A stretch of DNA of 64,000 nucleotides from Vicugna vicugna. Taxonomy: Eukaryota. Of the stretch, positions 44,713 to 58,624 are shown one piece after another. The stretch's first letter is position 1, and every line of letters begins with the position of its first letter. The DNA is taken from the NCBI GenBank assembly GCA_013265495.1, contig MU061044.1, positions 496,001 to 560,000 on the forward strand, read 5' to 3'. Position numbers and translations under genes: made by a program. The notes below the pieces were generated by a model, which searched no databases, was not told the DNA's origin, and saw only the letters and a program-made list of their open reading frames with translations.

Positions 44713-47479
44713 CTGGGTTTGGGGCCTTAGCCAAACGCCAGCGTCAGCCGTCCCGGCCCGGGTGCGATCGGGGGATGCTGGCTGGAGGACCACTTGACTG
44801 GGCACCACAGAGGCCATGGGATTGACTCCCAGGTGGGAACAGGGGAGTCTCTCTCTTCTGGAATGCTCACTGCAGAGTTTCAGGGGCGCTCCCCTTGCTG
44901 TTTGCGCTGGCCTTGGGTGCAGTGGCTGCAGGAGGACACAGCGCCATGCGCTTTGAGGAACCCAAACCCATAGCAGCTCTCTTTGGTCCCAGTCCCTGCT
45001 CTCACCTGTAAATCAGCAAGCTTCCTTCTATTTCTGTAAGACCGGAGCGGGTGTGCCGACAGGCTGAGCTGGGGGATGCAGTCCCTCCTCTGGATTGGTA
45101 AAAGCCTTCGGCCCTGGGGTACAGAGAGTCAGATGCCCGGTTTTCCAAAGTAGGGGTCCCAACTTCCAGCCCAGGCTCCTCTCATTTGTGACAAGCTTGG
45201 ACAGCTGTGAAGGTCCGTGTGGCAGAGGGTGGGGGAGATGCACGCACGGACCCATTACCCTTTGCATGGCCTCACACCAGGGTTGAGAGCAGCAGGCAGG
45301 CACAGCTGGAGGGCAAATCTAGCAGAAGGTGACCTTGGGAGGGAGGCACACAGTCCAGTCCCCAGGGAGCCTGGACCCTTCCTGCGCCCCTGCACTCTCA
45401 AGAACAGAAAATCTTTGCTCAAAGCTAAACTTGAAAAATTTCTCTGCTAGCTGCTGAAAGGACCCTGGGCTTTGAGAATCTTTGGTGATCCCTTCCTCTC
45501 AAAACCAGACTGTCTCCCAAACCTGGGAGATTCAGGTCTCAGGGAGGCCCCAGTTCCACGGTGGCTGAAGCTGGAGTCAAAGAATTTGCTTAAGGAAGGA
45601 AAGAAAGAGCATAATAGTCATTGGGTATCTACTGTGCTCAAGATGCTCTGTTAGCTTTTTATCTAACTTCATCCACCATCACAGCAACCCAAGAGATAGA
45701 CAACAGCTTCACGGTGCAGACAGGAAATCTAAGGGTTGGAGAGATTCTTGGCCCCAAGACTTCACAGCAGAAGGGGGCCGGATCACCACCCTATTATCAC
45801 TGCTTGGATGAGTAGAGGGGCCTGTTCCTTTGGGATACACGTAGGCTAGTATGTCATGCATGAAGCACCTTTTCTGGCCCTTAAAATAGGAGTTGTAGTT
45901 TTAGTAGAGAGGTTGTGATATCCTAGGTCATTCTCATTTTACCAAGTTACTGCCCTTGATATATTCATAATGTGTGTCTACACAACTGTGGATTGAGGTG
46001 GGGTGTAAGCCGTGCCGAAGAATAGAGTTGATCTCCTTATGAAATTAACCTAGCTAGCTCCCCTTCAGTTAGCGTGACTGGTCATCAGCTCTCATGGCTT
46101 GGAGTCAAACCCCTGTCCCTCTAATCTAGGTTTTCTCTTTTTTCAGAGGGAGCAAGACCTCGTGGACCAGGTCCTGGCTTGGTTGCTGCTGAGCACATGG
46201 CCTTCAGCAACTCTGAATGCTTCACCCATTTGGTACACAGCAGAGGGTCAGCTGGGGGCTCTCACAGTCCCTGGATTTCTGAGGGGACAGAAAGCAGGCA
46301 CTGTAGGGGCTCTAAGTCAATTTGGCAGTCTCTGACAACATCCTGCGAGTGTGAACTGGGGGGAGCAGAAGGAATGGAACTCAGAGGAGTGGGGAGCGGC
46401 TGGCCTGGCTAGGGAAGGGGCTTTCCTTGGCTTGGACTGGCCGGCCAGGAGAGGCACTGACTGGGTCCACATGGGACTCTCACTCTCATGCCCCATGGGT
46501 GCGGGGCCTGAGCGCAGACCAGAGCGAGTCAGGAAACCGCAGTGTCACTAGGGGAGGGGAGCAGCCTGCCTGGTTTGGAAGGGCCTCGGACTTGTGGGAG
46601 GTTTGGAGAGGTTATGCAGTTTGTGCAAGCCCTGGAGTGTGGGAGAGTCTCCAGGTAAAGGCAATGTTGGAGAAAGGGACTCCCCAGAAGACTGGGAGAT
46701 GGAGGGAGGGCAGCCACGGGGTCCAAAGAATGTGTAAGCCAGAAAGATCCAAGACGTTCTGGTCCCATCCCTATCACAAGTGGCCTGCTATTCACGCAGG
46801 ACTGAAGCAGAAATTAAGCATTTGGCGTATGAGCTCCATGAAGCTCTGGGAATAAGCCTCGTAGATTTTCCATGAAGACTTAGGACCTCTGTTGTGGAGT
46901 CCATCCCATTCTACCCCAATGTATAAGTGTTTATCTCATCTGCTCTACCAGATGGCAAGCTCCTGGAAGGCAGGGCCAGCTGAGATCAATTGCTGCCTAG
47001 CGAGGACCAGCTGCTCAGCAAAGATCGATCGGACTGGGAGTGGTTACATCCTTATTTCCTCTCTGAAAAGGGCAAAGTCAGGGCTGATTTCTCTCACTTT
47101 GCCCAGTGCCTTCTTGGTTCTGGGCACTCAAGGGACAGTAGTGTGAAGAGGCGCCTGGAGGATGGAAGAGAACCCAGAGGTCCAGAGTCCTGCTCTGTCA
47201 CAAGCTGCCAGAAGAGCTCTACCATGTGGCCAAAATACGCTGGCTCGAGTCTCTCACCTGTACAATGAGCATTGTGGCTCCTGACTCTTCTAGGCTGAAG
47301 GGCTACCGTGGGATGTGGGAACATGGGGGAGGGGCTGCTGGAACAATGCATGTGGGAGCATTTTAAACTGTATCAAGTGCTCTTCCACCATGAGAGATTA
47401 CAATTACTCCTAAGCACAGGAAGGTGGAGGACCGTGCACTTGACTTTCACAGTTACCATGCACTTGGAGAGAAGCACAC

Positions 47480-47680
47480 AGCATGGACTCCTCACTTGGC
47501 TATCAGCTCTCTCACTTGGGGGCTGTGTGATTTGGGGCAAGCTGTTTAATGTCATTGAACCCCAAGTCCTCATCTGTAAGCCAGAGATAATTGGACCAGC
47601 AAATAACAGGTAATAGAGAGTTGCCGTAAGAATTAAATGATGAAACATGTGTAAAGTCCTTAGTAGGGTGTTCAGCTTTT
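47480..47680 (+). mobile_element. MIR
   Basis: TGTGTGATTTGGGGCAAG..TCCTCATCTGTAAG..GTAAGAATTAAATGATGAAACATGTGTAAAG. Confidence 0.65.
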
Positions 47681-47859
47681 AAAAAGTTAGTTTCTTGTCC
47701 ATATCCTCTCTGAAATCAGCACAGTCTCCTCTTTTTCCTGTCCTAGAGTGAGAGGAGAACAGAAGTCTGTTTGCTGAGCATCCTTCAAAGTAGGGGCTGA
47801 GCTGTTCAGTTTGGACCAATGTGGCCTGAAAGAGGAGACTCACTATGGATTAGGTTAGA

Positions 47860-48100
47860 AATGAGGGATTATAATTGTAGGTAGCACATACTGAGTTATT
47901 TTCAAGTGCTTTACATGTGTTAACTCATTTAATCTTTGCAGCCACCCTAAAAATTTTTAAAAATGGGCAAACCCATTTTCCAGATGAGACAATTGAGGAC
48001 CAGAGAAGTAAGAAATTTGCCCGAAGTCACACAGCTGGCAAGTGACTGGGACAGGATTCCAATTCAGGTACTCTGGATCAAGACTACATGCTCTTAGTCA
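47860..48100 (-). mobile_element. MIR
   Basis: TTAACTCATTTAATC..CCCATTTTCCAGATGAGACAATTGAGG..CCCGAAGTCACACAGCTGGCAAGTG. Confidence 0.7.
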
Positions 48101-50012
48101 CTATGCTGCACTGCAGAGGGTCTAAAAGTTGAGAAGAAGCCACCAGGAGGGGAAGGAATGGGACATCCAGCCTTAGAGGAGAAGTTAGTCCAGTTCTTTC
48201 TTCTCCGCTTTTCACAGGAAAGGTAGTTCCTGTGAAAGACTCTACTTAAACTCAGAAGTAGGTGCCAACAGAGAAATTTCTTCCTGGAAAATAACAGAGG
48301 CTGCTATTTATTTAGCACTTACCATGTGTACGGCATGTTACATTCACTTCCTGTAACCAGACACATGGCCTCCAAAACTTCTTTCTGCTCCATCACAGTG
48401 TGTCAGTGACATAGACTTTGGGGTCCCGGCCCCAGCTCACCCCGAGAGGGGTCAAGACATAGATGAGGGGGGTTTCTGCTGAGCACATGCATGAATAGTG
48501 CTACCTTTACAAAAGGTGGGGATTTTGCTTTTCAGGTGATGTTAACATGTCCCCATCAAAATGGCTGTACCAAAATGTCATTGTTTGTACTTGCTGGGTG
48601 ACCCTACACCACTCACATTAACTCACAGAGTCTTTGTTTCCTCAACTGTAAAATGGGATTACGATGCCTACCCTGAGTACCTCCCAGGTTTGTTTCAGGT
48701 GGGAAGGAGATGAAGCCGTGAAAGCCCTGGGAAGCCGCTACCATCACACTATTTATAAAATAAAGCCACAGAGTCCAGAGGTGCTAAGAGACAGGCAATG
48801 ATCACAGAGCTGGTTGCTCTCCTGGCTCCGGGCTCATTGCTCTCTCTGCTACATCGCCACGTCCAAGGCCAGGGAGAAGGATGGATGGAGAGTTTCAGTG
48901 CTGGCTCCAGGCAGACCAGATAGCTGCCTTCTACCCTAATGCATGAATTGGCACATACCTCTCCAGATGTTCAGGGACCTGTAATTCCCCTAGTGAAGGG
49001 GGAGAGTGATGGCAAAAGCTATGGTGCAAAACATCGCCAGCAGCTGAGTGGGCAGCTGCACAGAGGGAAGTGGGAGCAGTGAGGACGGAGCTTGCCTAGC
49101 TGCTGCGCTTGCGAGGGAGAGCCCCAGGGCTAGCCTGGGGATGCTGTCAGGATGAGCCAGGGGAAAGCTGATATCTGAGGCCTCCTGGCTGCAGAGCCAG
49201 GAGGAGCATCAGGACTGTGGAATGCAGTCTGAGCCTGGGAGGGGGCTCTGCCCACCTCACTTTTCCAGGAAGGACCTCAGTACCTTAGCAGGTGCAGGAT
49301 GATACAGTGACACACATTTTACCTTGGTGTGGCAGGAATCTGCAGGACCAAAGCTGAGTTGAAATTAGAAAGGATCTCAGAGTCTCTTCGAAGCCCAGAA
49401 CCAGGGGCTGCAGGTGTCCTCACAGAAAGATGGAGGTGGAAAGGGTCAAGGACTGAGAGCGCCTGCCACGCGCCAGGCACCGCATATGCGTTACCTTATC
49501 CTGGTCTGTCTGGTGCTCAGTAAGTCTTGAAGTAATTGAACTGAGTTGAAAAACACCAAACAATTGTTATTCAGCTCTAGAGCTTTCAAAGCAATTTCAC
49601 ATAGATTTTCTCATTTGAATCTCACATCAATCTTAAGTGATAGGCGATTTTTTTTTCTCCCCATTTTACACATTAGGAAACTGAGGCGCAGGGAGCGAGG
49701 AGGTGACCCGCCTAAGGTCACAGTTAAAGTATGGAGGAGTTAGTCGGGAATTCAGAGACCCAACAAGAGCAGAACTACACCTGCTGACCCCAGACATGCC
49801 TTCTTCCCACTGGCTGATCTTTCCCACGGGCGTCCTTACTCATCTCTCCGGGATGTGCCCCACATGCTCGGGGGCACGGGCAACAGCCGTGTCCGCCTCT
49901 CCCCACTGTCTGTAGGCTGGGAGTCATGCATGCAGAGGGCATTGCCTGAGTCACCATCCCGGGCCCTTCCCAGATGGCATCCTGTCGGGGACCCCAGAGC
50001 AGCCACACTTAC

Positions 50013-50139
50013 TGTTAGTTACTTCCTTCTGTCCCGTTGACTCAGTTTCAGGGGCACAGCCTGCTGGCCAGTCCACAACCCCTGCCTTTCTAGAAGCCGC
50101 CAGCAGGACACTGGATGCTGCTGCCAAAACTGAAACTGT
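50013..50139 (-). other. PIGR: PIGR exon 1 (non-coding); start approximate
   Basis: The minus strand reads ACAGTTTCAGTTTTGGCAGCAGCATCCAGTG..., closely matching the recalled human PIGR exon 1; donor ACA|GTAAGT at 50013/50012. Confidence 0.85.
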
Positions 50140-50217
50140 GTGCAGTGCTTGACCCACACCTGGGCTCTTAAAGGGACACTCTCCCAGGGGCATGGCGGCT
50201 GGCCAGCGGCACGTGAC
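50126..50217 (-). promoter_or_regulatory. PIGR core promoter: exon-1 ISRE (50126-50137), TATA-like TTTAAGA (50166-50172), USF E-box GTCACGTG (50210-50217)
   Basis: The motifs are visible at the spacing known for PIGR promoters (E-box near -70, IRF site in exon 1). Confidence 0.8.
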
Positions 50218-52548
50218 TCCACAGATCCCTTGCTTTCCTTTCCTTTTGGCTTTCCTGGCTGGCTCCATTTGCCTCCCCTTGACCTTGGGGACTCTGCTAC
50301 TTGGGAATCCTCCATCTTTGCAGCTGCGGGATGCGAGACATGGTATCAAGCATGAAGAGTCTGCCCTGTGGCTTCCCAGCTCCAAGATCCTAGGCAAGTC
50401 AGACCTTCACATTTCTTTTCACCTGGAAAGTGGGGAGAGTGACGCCAAACCTACAAGTTGAGGACATAGCCAGATAGTAGATGTGAAACATCTGGCCCAG
50501 AGTGTGGTGTGAAGTTGACACGAATTCGATGGGGCACAGGTGACAGGAATGGCTTTTAGTCCTTGGTCTCACAGCCCCACTCCCCGGGGAACATATCCCC
50601 CCACTCCCTAGGATACTAAGCCTGGATGAAGCCCACAATTTACACATCTTCTTCAGGGCTCCCTTTTCTAGCCTCAGAGGTCCCAGGAGCCAGGGGACCA
50701 TGTGCTCCCCTCCTCACTCGTTAGAGGAAGTGGAAGCTCTGGCTGCCCCTCAGCACCTCCGCACCCCCTGCTGAGAACGGTAGACCTCAGAGTCCTGCTG
50801 GGACCCGGGCTCGGTGCCACAGCCAAGAGGGTGCTGACCCGTCGAGCTAGGGTAGAAATCTCCTTCCCTATGTCAGTTAGTCTTTGGTGGTCTCCCAGAC
50901 CTGACCTGGTTAGGGCTCCCAGGAGCTCCCCCAACGATCTTAGCAGCCCTGTGTCACACAAGTGAAGCTCACTCCCCAGCACACACGTGCATCTCCCATC
51001 CCTCCCCACGGGTGCCCGCTTCCCCAAATCCTGCCCCGTCCTATCTGTGCAGGCCTGGCCCAGGCTCTCCCTACAGCGTCCCACAGGGCAAACCCCATTA
51101 GGGGAGGGAGGGAAGGGGAAGCAGAGTCCTGGAAAAACACGAGACATCAGAGCCCTGGGTCTTATTTTAGCCAACAACTAACTCACAGCGGCGGGGTGGA
51201 GAGGGGCTATCAACCCGCAATCACGGGTTTGGATGGCAAGAAAAAAAAGTATTTTCTATGCTGGAGCTTAATTTCAGACTCTAAATCCACAGTCTGACTG
51301 ATGCAAGAGCGAATTTACCTCGCCACTTCCAGGCAAATCGTGTCCAAGTCGATGGCAACTCGGTCACTTTACTCCTGATTGAAAACTTAGTCTCCTTCTG
51401 GCTTTTCTTTCTTTTTGCCTCCCTCTGTCCTCAGGTGTTTATGTGATGCCTGAGGTGAGTGGGCATGGGTGGGGGGGTGGCTTCTGCCAGTGGCACTAAC
51501 GAGGCAGCGAGAAGGAGGGTCCTGAGGTTTGGGTCTTGCTTTGTCACGGTTCTGTGTTAGCCTCATGCTCTAGAAGGAAATGGTTCTGTCCATTGAGGTG
51601 TAACCCGTCCCGCTGGCTGGTGGCCTTTATCCCTGCCCATCCTGTGAGGCCTGCGGTCCACCCGGTGCTCTCTCCCTGTCCCCACTTGGGGGCTTCTTCC
51701 GGCAGGACTTCCGGGCCCCCTCCGCCCTCTCCTGCCCTTCTTGTGGGAGCAAGACTAGTCTGGCTCGTCTGCATCTTCCCGGGGCCTTTGGGGGAGCCTG
51801 CACGACAGAGCCAACTTCTCCCCTCACCTCCTAGCCGTCTGCGCTCATCTGTTCCCAGGTAACCGAGGCTACGATGTACATGTGCGAGACTGCTGACCAC
51901 CAGAGTTCCCCACAGGGCCGGCAAGGGGCAGGCCCCCTCGGCACTGGCATCTCCAAACCCTTCTGGGTCTCTCCATCACTGTCAGTCTCCTCTCTCGACC
52001 TCAGCCCTGGACTAAGCCCCTTGAGTGGTGGGTGGGAGGGCACAAAGACGCGGCGGCAGCTAAGCCATCTCTCATCCCGCTCAGCAATCCTTCTCCTCCC
52101 CAGTTCCAGGGTGAATATCCAGTGGGTGGATGGGAGGGGAGGTGGACCTGGTTTGGGGACAATGGTGGGACAGTCCTGGTTCTGCCAGAGTATAGCTCCT
52201 TTCAGAGGGTTTCGTTCTTATCTCTCCCTCCTTTAGAACTCAATCATCAAGGTATTTGCTGGTCTTGTTTTCTTATTCTCATTAACCCACTTCCCCCAAA
52301 GCAGGGATAGCTGGGCTGGAGTCAGGGTTAAGGGAGGCCCACCAAGCACTGGGACAGAACCTTGATGAGTGCAGGCCTGCGGGGAGGGAGGGAAACACAT
52401 CCATGAAACAGGTGTGCCTCGCGCTGCCGCGAGGGCCCCCGATCTCCTCCCCCATGCCCTTGTTCTGTGATGCTGGGAGCTTTCCTAGATCACGTCTTGG
52501 CATGTGTTCCCAGGAGTCCCCCAGACTATCTTAGCAGACTGAGCCAGA

Positions 52549-52575
52549 CACAGACATACACACACACACACACAC
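52549..52575. repeat. (CA)n microsatellite
   Basis: CACAGACATACACACACACACACACACTCA. Confidence 0.85.
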
Positions 52576-53204
52576 TCACCCAAAGCCCGCATGGCCTGGC
52601 AATCCAGCTTAGTGAAAGGGGAAAGTAAGAAGTGGAACCCAGGAAAGAGCTGGGTAGTTACAACCCTGCATCCTATTTTGGGCTCAGCCACACTCCAGTG
52701 GTGTGACTGGAGCCAACCAGCTTCCTCTCTCTCACTGTGGTTTCCCTACCTGGAGCCCATTAGCCCTAAAACACAGCTTCTTCCTCCCAGTCCTAGGGGA
52801 GGAGAGACTGGCCAAGGGGGTCCACCTGCCCACTTCGATATTAATGATGGTAACAGCAGGAATTATACCCCCCAAACTGACATCACTTCATCTGCTTCAA
52901 AGCTCCCCCTCCCTCTTAAAATGATAATATGAGATGAGCAGAATATAAGAACAGATTCTCACTTGACTTTCACGACCCTGGGACTCGGCATGAGTCAGGG
53001 TGGGGAAGCACGGAGCCCTGGTCTGGGGTCAGAACACCTGTGTCCTGGCTCCTGCTCTGCCTCCAACGTGCTGAGCGACTTTTGCCAAATCACTTCCTCC
53101 TTTAGGGCTGCAGTCATTTCACCTGTTAAATGGGAGGGCTGTGGCAAAGTGTCTCCAAGGCTCTCCCAGCTCTAGGAGTCTGTGTTTTTGATTGAGCTCT
53201 GAAT

Positions 53205-53653
53205 TACGTTCCTGTGGCTGCCATAAAATNNNNNNNNNNNNNNNNNNNNNNNNNNNNNNNNNNNNNNNNNNNNNNNNNNNNNNNNNNNNNNNNNNNNNNN
53301 NNNNNNNNNNNNNNNNNNNNNNNNNNNNNNNNNNNNNNNNNNNNNNNNNNNNNNNNNNCCGCTTCTAGATCCCGGTTGCTGCTGGCATCTTCGGCTTGCA
53401 GTTATATCACCCCACTCTAGGCTCTTCTCCTCACATTGTCTTCTGTGTGTGTCTCAAATGTCTCTCTGCCTCTCTTACAGGGGCACTTGTGATGGCATTT
53501 AGGGTCCACCCACATCATCCAGGATGATCTCAATCTCAAGATCCTGAACTGAATTACACTTGCAAAGATCCTTTTCCCAAAGAAAGTAACATTTGCAGAT
53601 TCCAGGCTTCAGGGGGTGGACATGTCTTTGGGGGACCATTTTTCAGTCTACCA
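53205..53653 (-). mobile_element. MLT1C-like solo LTR, interrupted by an N gap
   Basis: TTCCTGTGGCTGCCATAA..ACTTGTGATGGCATTTAGGGTCCACC..ATCCAGGATGATCTC..CAGTCTACCACA. Confidence 0.8.
53230..53358. other. Assembly gap (129 N)
   Basis: Run of N. Confidence 1.
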
Positions 53654-56600
53654 CAAGCGTCTACTATGCCTATGACCAGTTCCAGGTCCAGGGCGACTCA
53701 AGACATACAGGAATGGCCATCCCTGGTCCCCAAGGGCATGTGGGCTAACTGAGGGGTCGTCACCTCCACACGCTACCGCCAAGGAGCAACAGCGGAACGC
53801 TCCCAGGCTCCAGACCCAGCATGCCCTGGGTTCACATCTAAGCCCTGCCACCTGCTAGCTGGGCGGCCCTTGATAAGGTATTTAATGTCTCTGGATCTCA
53901 CTTTTCTCATTTATAAAGTGGTGCTAATTATATTCACCCAGTAAGTATGATATGAAGACAGTATGATGTGGACAGTGGCTGGCAGCTAAAAGGTGCTTAT
54001 GACAGCGTCAAAAGCAAGGGACAGCATAGGATTTCAGAACAGAGGGATTCCCCACTGATCAATGAGGAGCCAAGGGCAGGGACGTGGAATGACGTGCCCG
54101 AGTTCACACGGTGAGGTGATGGCATGGAAGGGCCGTGAACCAAGGTCTCCCAGCCCTGGGCATTTCCTTCCGCTTCTCAAAGCCTTTACTCTCCAGGTTC
54201 TTTTGAATTGTGTTTCCACAGGCAGCACAGGGCTCTCATTTACTCTTTCAATCGATCGGGGGAAGACTGGAGAAGGCCAGGGACAAAGGCCTCCTCAGGG
54301 CCTGCCCTCCAGGTTGGTACCACTGGCGTGATGCTCCCAGACCCTGGGCTGACCCAGCCACCAACAGAGGTGGGGAGACCTACGCCACACAGCGCCCCCC
54401 GGATCGCCACTGCCATTCCAGCGTTGCTCACTGCGGACAGGGCTCGTGCACGGGGTTTGTGCCGGACGAGTGGGATGAGAGTGGACGGGTGAAACGCTTA
54501 TCGCTGCTGTTTACCGCCAGCTCTCTGCTCCCATGTGCAGACCTTTGGCTGAGTCAATGTTTAACCCCTGTCTGGAGTCAATGTTTAATCCCAGGCCAGC
54601 CAGCCCTGAAATTTAGCATTCCTTGGTAAGCTGATAATACGCAGCATTTTAGTCTCAATCCCTAGAAAACAGAATTATGACAGTGAATCTACCAAAGCGA
54701 AATAGCAAGCCTCCTTCCCCACCTTTTTTAAGGGTGTTGACTGGAGTTATTTATGCCCAAGTAGCCTGCCCTCGCCATGGGCAAATAATAACCTAACATT
54801 TCCCGGTCCCGGCTGTCATCCGCTGGCAGGAGCGCAGCGTGTACCCTTCCTGTTCTAATTTCACCTTTTGGGCTGGGGAGAGGGCAGGGGATGGGGACGA
54901 CTGCCCTTCTGTGCAGCTGAGCGCGCTGCCTGGCAATGTGGCCCCTCGCGTGGTCGCTGCCTGGAATCCCAGACTGGAACAGTCCGGTTGGCTGGACTTA
55001 CTTGGCCAAGCTTTTTGGGAGTTTCCGAGCCCAGACTTAACATTCAGAGGCCTCCTGGTGGGTCTCCCTGTTAGGGAGGAGGTAGGAGGAAACTCGGTTT
55101 AAACACTCCGTGCTTGCCTGGCTATTGGGTGATTTCATGGGCCTCCCCAGGGCCCTTCTTACGGAGCTCGGAGCACAGCATCCACGGTCTGGCAGCACTG
55201 CGTCCACACCAAGAGCAACCTTAATGAGGGAAAAGTCAGATTGGCCCGCTGGGTGGTAGGCGTGGGGGCGTGTGAAAGAGGGAAGGGTCTGTGACCAGAT
55301 TAGCAGCTCTGATCACTGGGCAGTGTTGGAGAGGGTGACTTACTCACCACGGTGTGTGCCTGAGCTGCAAACCTTTTCTTTTTTCTACATAACCCACTGA
55401 GTCACCTCCTTCTGCCTGACGACCTGCCTCCCTGTGTCCCTGCCCAGAAGGCCAGCCCCTCACCTGTTTTCCTAGCTCTGTTGGCTCCCAATCAGAGAAT
55501 AAAACAACATTTCCTCTGGGCCCTCGTGGTGGGGGGCTTGTCTATGCTCTTTATCATGGGGGCTGGTGGAGGCCTGAAGGCAGGGACTGTGGTGGGTCCC
55601 CACGCTTGGCTGTGTCTTGCCCTGAGATGGAGAGGAGCGCTGAAACTGAACAGGAAAGAGCTTGGAAATGTACATTTGGCCTTGGTCCCAAGGCTCTCTC
55701 AATTCCCCCGGGTCAGTTCCGGGCCCCTAAAGAGCTTCGATTCTCTGGTTCTGAGACGCAGGAACAAAGGAGCAAACGTTTTTCTGAGGTTACCAAACCA
55801 CTCTCTTGCCCTCTACTGCCTCCATGCCGTGGCCAGGGCTGGGCGGAAGAAGGAAGATTTTCAGAGTGGACATCCAAAGTCAACAGGTGGGGTGTCAGGT
55901 GACAGGGCCCAGCCCCTCTCATAAGCCACTGGGGTCCCCCTGAAGACTTGCTGCTTCCTTGTTCCTGGTCTGAGCCTGGCCTTTAGCCCGAGGTTTGCTT
56001 GGCGGGCAGCCATTGGAGAGATATCCCCTGTGGTCCCCTGCAGCCTGTGCCCATCCGAGCCTCAACAGTCCCACTGTACGATGGCGTGCAATTGGCTTCT
56101 CTCTGGTCACAGATACTTTAATTAATTTTCAGTCGCCGGCGCTGCTCAAGTGGAGGAGAGTGTGGGTGAATGGAAGAGTTTCGACAAGCTGGGTCTCCTA
56201 GCCGGCCCGCCTTGCCCATGTCAGGCTCTAAAGAAGCCAGCTCCGCAATGCTTTCTTCCTGATCTCTTGTCTGGAGTGAAGTGCAACATCTTCAGACAAA
56301 CTGTGGGAAAATTTGTAAAGTGTCTTTTGTCTTGATCATCCTGGCTCTCTTCCTCCGATCTAAGATACCCAGGGTTGGGGAGCCAGCATGTGTAACTTTA
56401 GGGAAGGAAGTGGCCCATAGTGGCCCTCTACACTCAGAGCCAAACTGGTAGAACTAGATCAAGGCAGCAGACAAGCGAGGGGTAGGAACTTGGCCAGAGG
56501 TTGGATGAGGCAGAGCAAGAAGACTCTAGATGCTAATCAGGGAAGATGCCTCCTCCACAAAATGGGACCAGGAGGCAAACAGGGGCCTCCTGACCCAGGG

Positions 56601-58404
56601 CCTCAATGCTCGTGATTTCTACAGGTTTCTGAAAGTGTAATGCAGGGACCCCCCTGTAACTGGCTCCTCTCTGCTGCCCCCGGGGTTTCAGCGGACCCCT
56701 TGGAGAGTGGGCCCTAGGGTGACAGCTCACATCCTTGCGGACAGTGACCAGAGCCGGTTGGCCTGGAAGGGCCAGTGCTACCTGTACTTAAATGAGAAAT
56801 GGAAGGCTTGTTGGCGCCGGACCCTGCACACGGGGCCACCTACAGAGAATATGTTTCCTTTTGTGCAGGATCTCCATTCTCCATTCAATGTTTGTCAGGC
56901 TCTTAGCCCCGGATTAACTGCACCAATGGAAAATAATCACATAATCTGTGTCTACTTGGCTGAAGTGAAGTGTAAGTCCTTCTCTCTTTGGATGCAACTG
57001 GAACTATTATTAAATGGATTCTGTATTTCCCAGACCCCACTGGATCCTGGAGGAGAGGAAGAAACCCCCAAAGTCTTAGCGAGGAACATGAGAAGTCAGC
57101 TGTGGGGTCAGGTGTTCGCCCTGAGTTACTGGGAGAGAGGGACACCCCTGCAGGTGCTTCGGACCTGAGCTCTATTTGTACGAATGCTGGGGAGGACCTC
57201 AGGGCCCTGAGTGAATTTTTAGCTTTTGGTTCCAGCTCCCTGAACTTTTCCACTTCACTTAGCCAGGACAGGAATAAGCCAGCTCAGTGACTGAAAATAA
57301 CGAATTACTGGAAATGGTTATGAAACATTTTACACGCAGGCCTAAAGGAGGAAAACAAAGACGGCTCTAAAACCTTAAACAGGGAAGAGCCTGACCAGAT
57401 ATGCAGGCTGTAAGTCCAAGCACGGAGGTACTGCATCGTGATCAGGGATCTAGGCTGCAGCCGCTCTACATTCAGTCCCCACGAGTGTAGCTACTTCCTG
57501 TCTCTGGCCTCAGTCTTCTCGTCTGTAAAATGGGACTCGTCATACTAGCCTTACAGAAATGTTGCATCAAATGCAACATGGAATGTTAAAGCTGCTAGGG
57601 GCGTGCCTGCTATGTAGAGATACTTAAGGAGCAGTAGCAGCATTAATAAATAGCGAGGCAAGAACTGGAGAGGCTTTTTTTGGCCCCTAATGCAGAGAAA
57701 CTGCCGGATCATAGGAAAGTCAATGCTTCTCTGTATCTTGGATTAGAACCCTCCATGGACAATTCCCTGATTCCAGCTTCAGAGCTGGAGTGTCTCACTG
57801 ACCCTCATCCCACAGATGTGGGTGTCATGCTGGCTGGGGGTATGAGATTAAAAGCCAAAGCACTGACAATACCCAGTGGTGGACTTGATCTGCTCAGCCT
57901 GCTTGGCCTCTGGCCTTTTAAGTCCAGGCTCCTGCCCCTCTCCAGGCATCCATTAGCCCATAAAGGAGAGCTGTAAGCATTCGGGGCTGCCCCACTTCCT
58001 TCCTGGCGAAGATTTCATTCAGATCTTATCTCTGCTCAGCTCCAAGGACTTTGATCTTGGCTCTGTTCCATCCCTTTGAACATGCACTGGCTCCTCCCGC
58101 TGGTGGACCTCGGCTTTCCCTAGAACACCCTGATCTGGCAGCCTTCCCCACTTCTGGAAGCTGCCTCTGACTCCAGTCCCTTAGCCGACACCCCTCGCCT
58201 TGTCCCCTACTTCCCTAGATGGGGTGGTCAGGCAGGATGCCCCAGCTGCTGAATTCCAGACAGGATCACAGGAGATGGGAGGGAGGAGGAGGTGGGGGTC
58301 AAAACCAGGAAAGGGGTCAAGGGAACTTTGTGGGAGGGATGGGGTCTGCTCCTTCCTCTCAGAGCAGGAACAGGAGAGTCTTGTGTGGTTTTATGGTTCA
58401 GTGC

Positions 58405-58624
58405 AGGGATTAGCAAGTTATGGCTCTTGGACCAGATACAGCTTGCCGCCTGCTTCCGTAAATCAAGTTTTGTTGGAACACAGCCAAAGTCATTCGTTTA
58501 TGGATCGTCCTGGCTGCTTCTGTGCCGCCAGGGCAGAACAGAGTCTTTGCAGCAGAGACTGGACAGCTTGCAGTCTACAGCATTTACAATCCGGTCCTTG
58601 ACAGAAAAGCATTGCTAACCCCTG
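58405..58624 (-). mobile_element. MER58A (hAT-Charlie)
   Basis: CAGGG terminus..GTAAATCAAGTTTTGTTGGAACACAGCCA..TTGCTAACCCCTG terminus. Confidence 0.75.
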
